DNA from: Hormiphora californensis
Lineage: Eukaryota > Animalia > Ctenophora
DNA: 64,000 bases
Direction of reading: 5' to 3'
Assembly (NCBI GenBank): GCA_020137815.1
Contig: CM035360.1
Span: 2,790,001-2,854,000, forward strand
Position 1 is the stretch's first letter, and every line of letters starts with the position of its first letter. A model generated the notes under the pieces. It was not told the origin of the DNA, did not search any database, and worked only from the letters and a program-made list of their open reading frames with translations. The position numbers and the translations under genes were made by a program. Positions 62,484 to 64,000 of this stretch are shown here, piece after piece.

Positions 62484-63588
62484 GATGTCACAGCTCACGC
62501 CCTGCAGCTAGACATTGTGGAACCATGTACCAATATACAGTAGCACGTCATATGATCGTAGTACTGTCAACATGTCATGTTGTACAAATCGATTCCGGCG
62601 TGAGACGTGAAGTTCTTCTTTTTGCAGCTACCCTGCCTTTATAGTGCTCACTCACACCTGTCATAGTGCTCACTCACACCTGCCATAGTGCTCATTCACA
62701 CCCAGTTATTATTTGTTGAGTAGTAAGAGGTGAGAGTTATAAAAGAGGTCATTATCGAATTCACCAAAAGGAATATGTACGTGTTTTACCGGAATCAGGA
62801 ATGTCTAGTAAAAGGAATTTAAAATACTAATATGGGAATATGTCCCAATATGTCTAATAGGGAATTCACTAGACATCATGTCTAGCCCACCTTGCACCAT
62901 CTAGTAGCTAGCTGGCAATTTGTCTACCAATTTGTCTCATGCATTATACAGAATATACATGGCATTATATGGAGTTTCTGATTCTCGGAAAATAACGGTG
63001 CTCCAACCATCTGCGGCTCCTCCTTTCAAAGCTGCTATGACGTGTTTTAAGTATTCATACTGTTCTCGGTTGAAGGGGGGGGGGGGTGACAATGCCATGC
63101 AGTGATGGACAGTAGTGAGCGAGTAGTAATACGATGGATGCAGTGAGTAACTCACTACTGCCCATCTCTTTTTTCTATCCCCAAATGTTTCATCTCTTTC
63201 CTAACAGTCAAAACCAATTATGTTTCTCACGTGTACTATGACGAAATTGTGACCATAAAATTTCTAACACGGTCGCTTGTAGTGGGAAAACGGTAATGGA
63301 AAACGGAGATACAGTATGAAGACGCGCAACCGTGGCCAATCAGGGCGCTAGTACGTGCTGAACATATATGCACTTTTTGCCGCGTGTTTTGCAAAGTGTG
63401 CGTCTCATTACTGTATTTCCATTACGGTAATACGACTACAAGAGGCGCTGTAACCACTCGACTCACAAGGACGATATTTCTATTTTCTACCTGTCTGGCC
63501 CATTGCAGGTGATCACGATGATCGGGTGGTACCTCTCCATTCCCTAAAGTTCATTGCTACTCTCCAAAGGAAGATGGCTGGACACACT
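44602..63588 (+). CDS. PREP: Prolyl oligopeptidase (S9A); spliced, last exon(s) beyond window
   Basis: Exons 44602-44667, 44817-45040 ([15 protein letters not shown]), ~45243-45339 ([13 protein letters not shown]), ~46486-46558 (SGSDW), 47099-47186, ~51564-51640, 51847-51926 ([13 protein letters not shown]), 52454-52718, 53097-53192, 54520-54621, 55198-55287, 57546-57659 ([10 protein letters not shown]), 58047-58195 (YGYGGFN..NLRGGG), 58756-58873 ([13 protein letters not shown]), ~59012-59156 (catalytic GGSNGG), ~59406-59522, 63510-63588 ([11 protein letters not shown]). Confidence 0.96.
45437..46425. mobile_element. Foldback-type element with CCCAG ends and 8-bp TSD
   Basis: CCCAGGTCAAAATTGTTGA / TCAACAATTTTGACCTGGG; perfect TSD AAAATACG (45429-45436, 46426-46433); two ~190-bp units per arm in inverted orientation. 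Confidence 0.9.
48416..50110 (+). pseudogene. Intronless BTB/POZ-domain gene (possible MATH-like N-terminus), frameshifted, nested in a PREP intron
   Basis: [36 protein letters not shown] (BTB). The frame breaks near 49455, with the continuation [10 protein letters not shown] in another frame, and ORF 49577-49912 appears to be a further shifted piece. Could be sequencing error rather than decay. Confidence 0.7.
50144..50971. mobile_element. TIR element with CCCAG ends, 8-bp TSD and CTGCAG-rich interior
   Basis: CCCAGTGTCCCGAT / ATCGGGACACTGGG; perfect TSD ATGAGTTC; paralogous empty site at ~60625-60680. Confidence 0.92.
51019..51090 (-). other. tRNA-derived (SINE-like) sequence with Pol III A and B boxes
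   Basis: Minus strand GGTAGCTTAGTGG (A box) ... GGTTCAATTCCCGG (B box); no convincing anticodon arm. A similar B-box remnant GGTTCGATTCCCGG is at ~32369-32383. Confidence 0.55.
53226..54051. mobile_element. TIR element with poly-G/poly-C ends and 8-bp TSD
   Basis: G10-ACATGTTAATT ... AATTAACATGT-C13; ATACAATT at 53218-53225 and 54052-54059; TTAACAAAA subterminal repeats. Confidence 0.85.
54216..54564 (+). repeat. ~69-bp tandem repeat (5 copies) of a PREP splice acceptor plus exon start
   Basis: Acceptors TTTCAG end at 54240, 54308, 54377, 54450 and 54519, each followed by AATAAAATGTACCTCTATGACATGTC. Confidence 0.95.
55831..56771. mobile_element. Palindromic element with ~410-bp near-perfect arms and TA(TA) flanks
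   Basis: TATA-GAGGTTACAACAAAATGAAG ... CTTCATTTTGTTGTAGCCTC-TATA; mirror ORFs at 55933-56151 and 56451-56669. Confidence 0.9.
58209..58294. mobile_element. pogo/Tigger-like MITE
   Basis: CAGTCGGACCCCGAT ... ATCGGGGTCCGACTG-TA. Confidence 0.85.
60132..60224. mobile_element. hAT-like MITE copy missing 16 bp of one TIR
   Basis: Reverse-oriented copy of the 22266 family with perfect TSD ATTAGAAT. Confidence 0.85.
60328..61959 (-). CDS. Rhodopsin-class (class A) GPCR nested antisense in a PREP intron; 3 exons
   Basis: Exon ~61262-61959 (GIPGN TM1, CD TM2, CGVWG, LSVTRA in place of DRY, TM4-5), ~60842-61030 (TM6-7, [12 protein letters not shown]), 60328-60532 (FTRFRRF helix 8, stop); phases are compatible. 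Confidence 0.88.
62387..62478. repeat. (GA)n microsatellite, representative of many (CT/GA)n tracts
   Basis: Others at ~8481-8557, 10803-10842, 16761-16809, 17456-17538, 30860-30980, 31380-31474, 47560-47640 and 54685-54824. Confidence 0.97.
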
Positions 63589-64000
63589 GTAAGTAAAATA
63601 GGGAGGGAGGGTGGGAAGAGGGTGGGGAAGAGGGTGGGGGTGGAGGGAAGATGGCTGGACACACTGTAAGTAAAATAGGGAGGGAGGGTGGCTTGGGGGT
63701 GGGGGATGGGGGTGGAGGGAAGAGAGGTGATATTAGAGTGAGCATGTGGAGTAAGGGGAGAAGGGAACTGGGGGAGGGGGAAGGTTGCAAGGAATGGGGG
63801 AATGTTGAATGGTTCAAAAATATCGCGAATATAATATCCTTTTTGTGAAGCAATGCGAACTATTTGGATCTTTTAAATACTCATGAAAATGAAAGTGAGT
63901 GGGTGGCCAAACAACTTAATAAATAAATTGAAATTGTTCCAAATGAGGCCATATAAAGTGGTGTTCGTAAGACCACCCTGTAAGTCATTTAAATTTAATA

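Overview
Eukaryotic, intron-rich animal DNA, not prokaryotic. It is most likely a cydippid ctenophore (Pleurobrachia/Hormiphora-like), inferred from a recalled 109-bp CAGGAACCGACCGAA repeat and a TRA-for-DRY GPCR; this was not checked by search. Spliced genes reconstructed by hand: (-) a PX plus >=4 SH3 NOX-organiser/Tks-like gene running off the left edge; (+) a 2xKH-domain protein of unknown family; (-) a tightly packed trio of a G2E3/PHF7-like ePHD-RING-PHD protein fused to C2H2 and MADF domains, a GON7-like KEOPS subunit and a 135-aa orphan ORF; (+) prolyl oligopeptidase (PREP) running off the right edge, with a frameshifted BTB gene and an antisense rhodopsin-class GPCR nested in its introns. 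A 5'-truncated L2/CR1-group LINE with an open ORF2 lies between the G2E3-like gene and PREP. Introns and intergenic DNA hold many non-autonomous palindromic/foldback DNA elements with TA, 8-, 9- and 11-bp target-site duplications, some nested. Most notable: (1) tandem repeats repeatedly nucleated exactly on exon-intron junctions, giving arrays of decoy splice sites; (2) a probable bicistronic or in-frame read-through GON7-ORF135 transcript in an operon-like cluster; (3) a ~70-bp AGAG..CTCT hairpin module shared among otherwise unrelated elements; (4) an unusual chromatin-reader/DNA-binding fusion protein. Two noisy duplications may be assembly artefacts. Exon boundaries are hand-derived and some are approximate.
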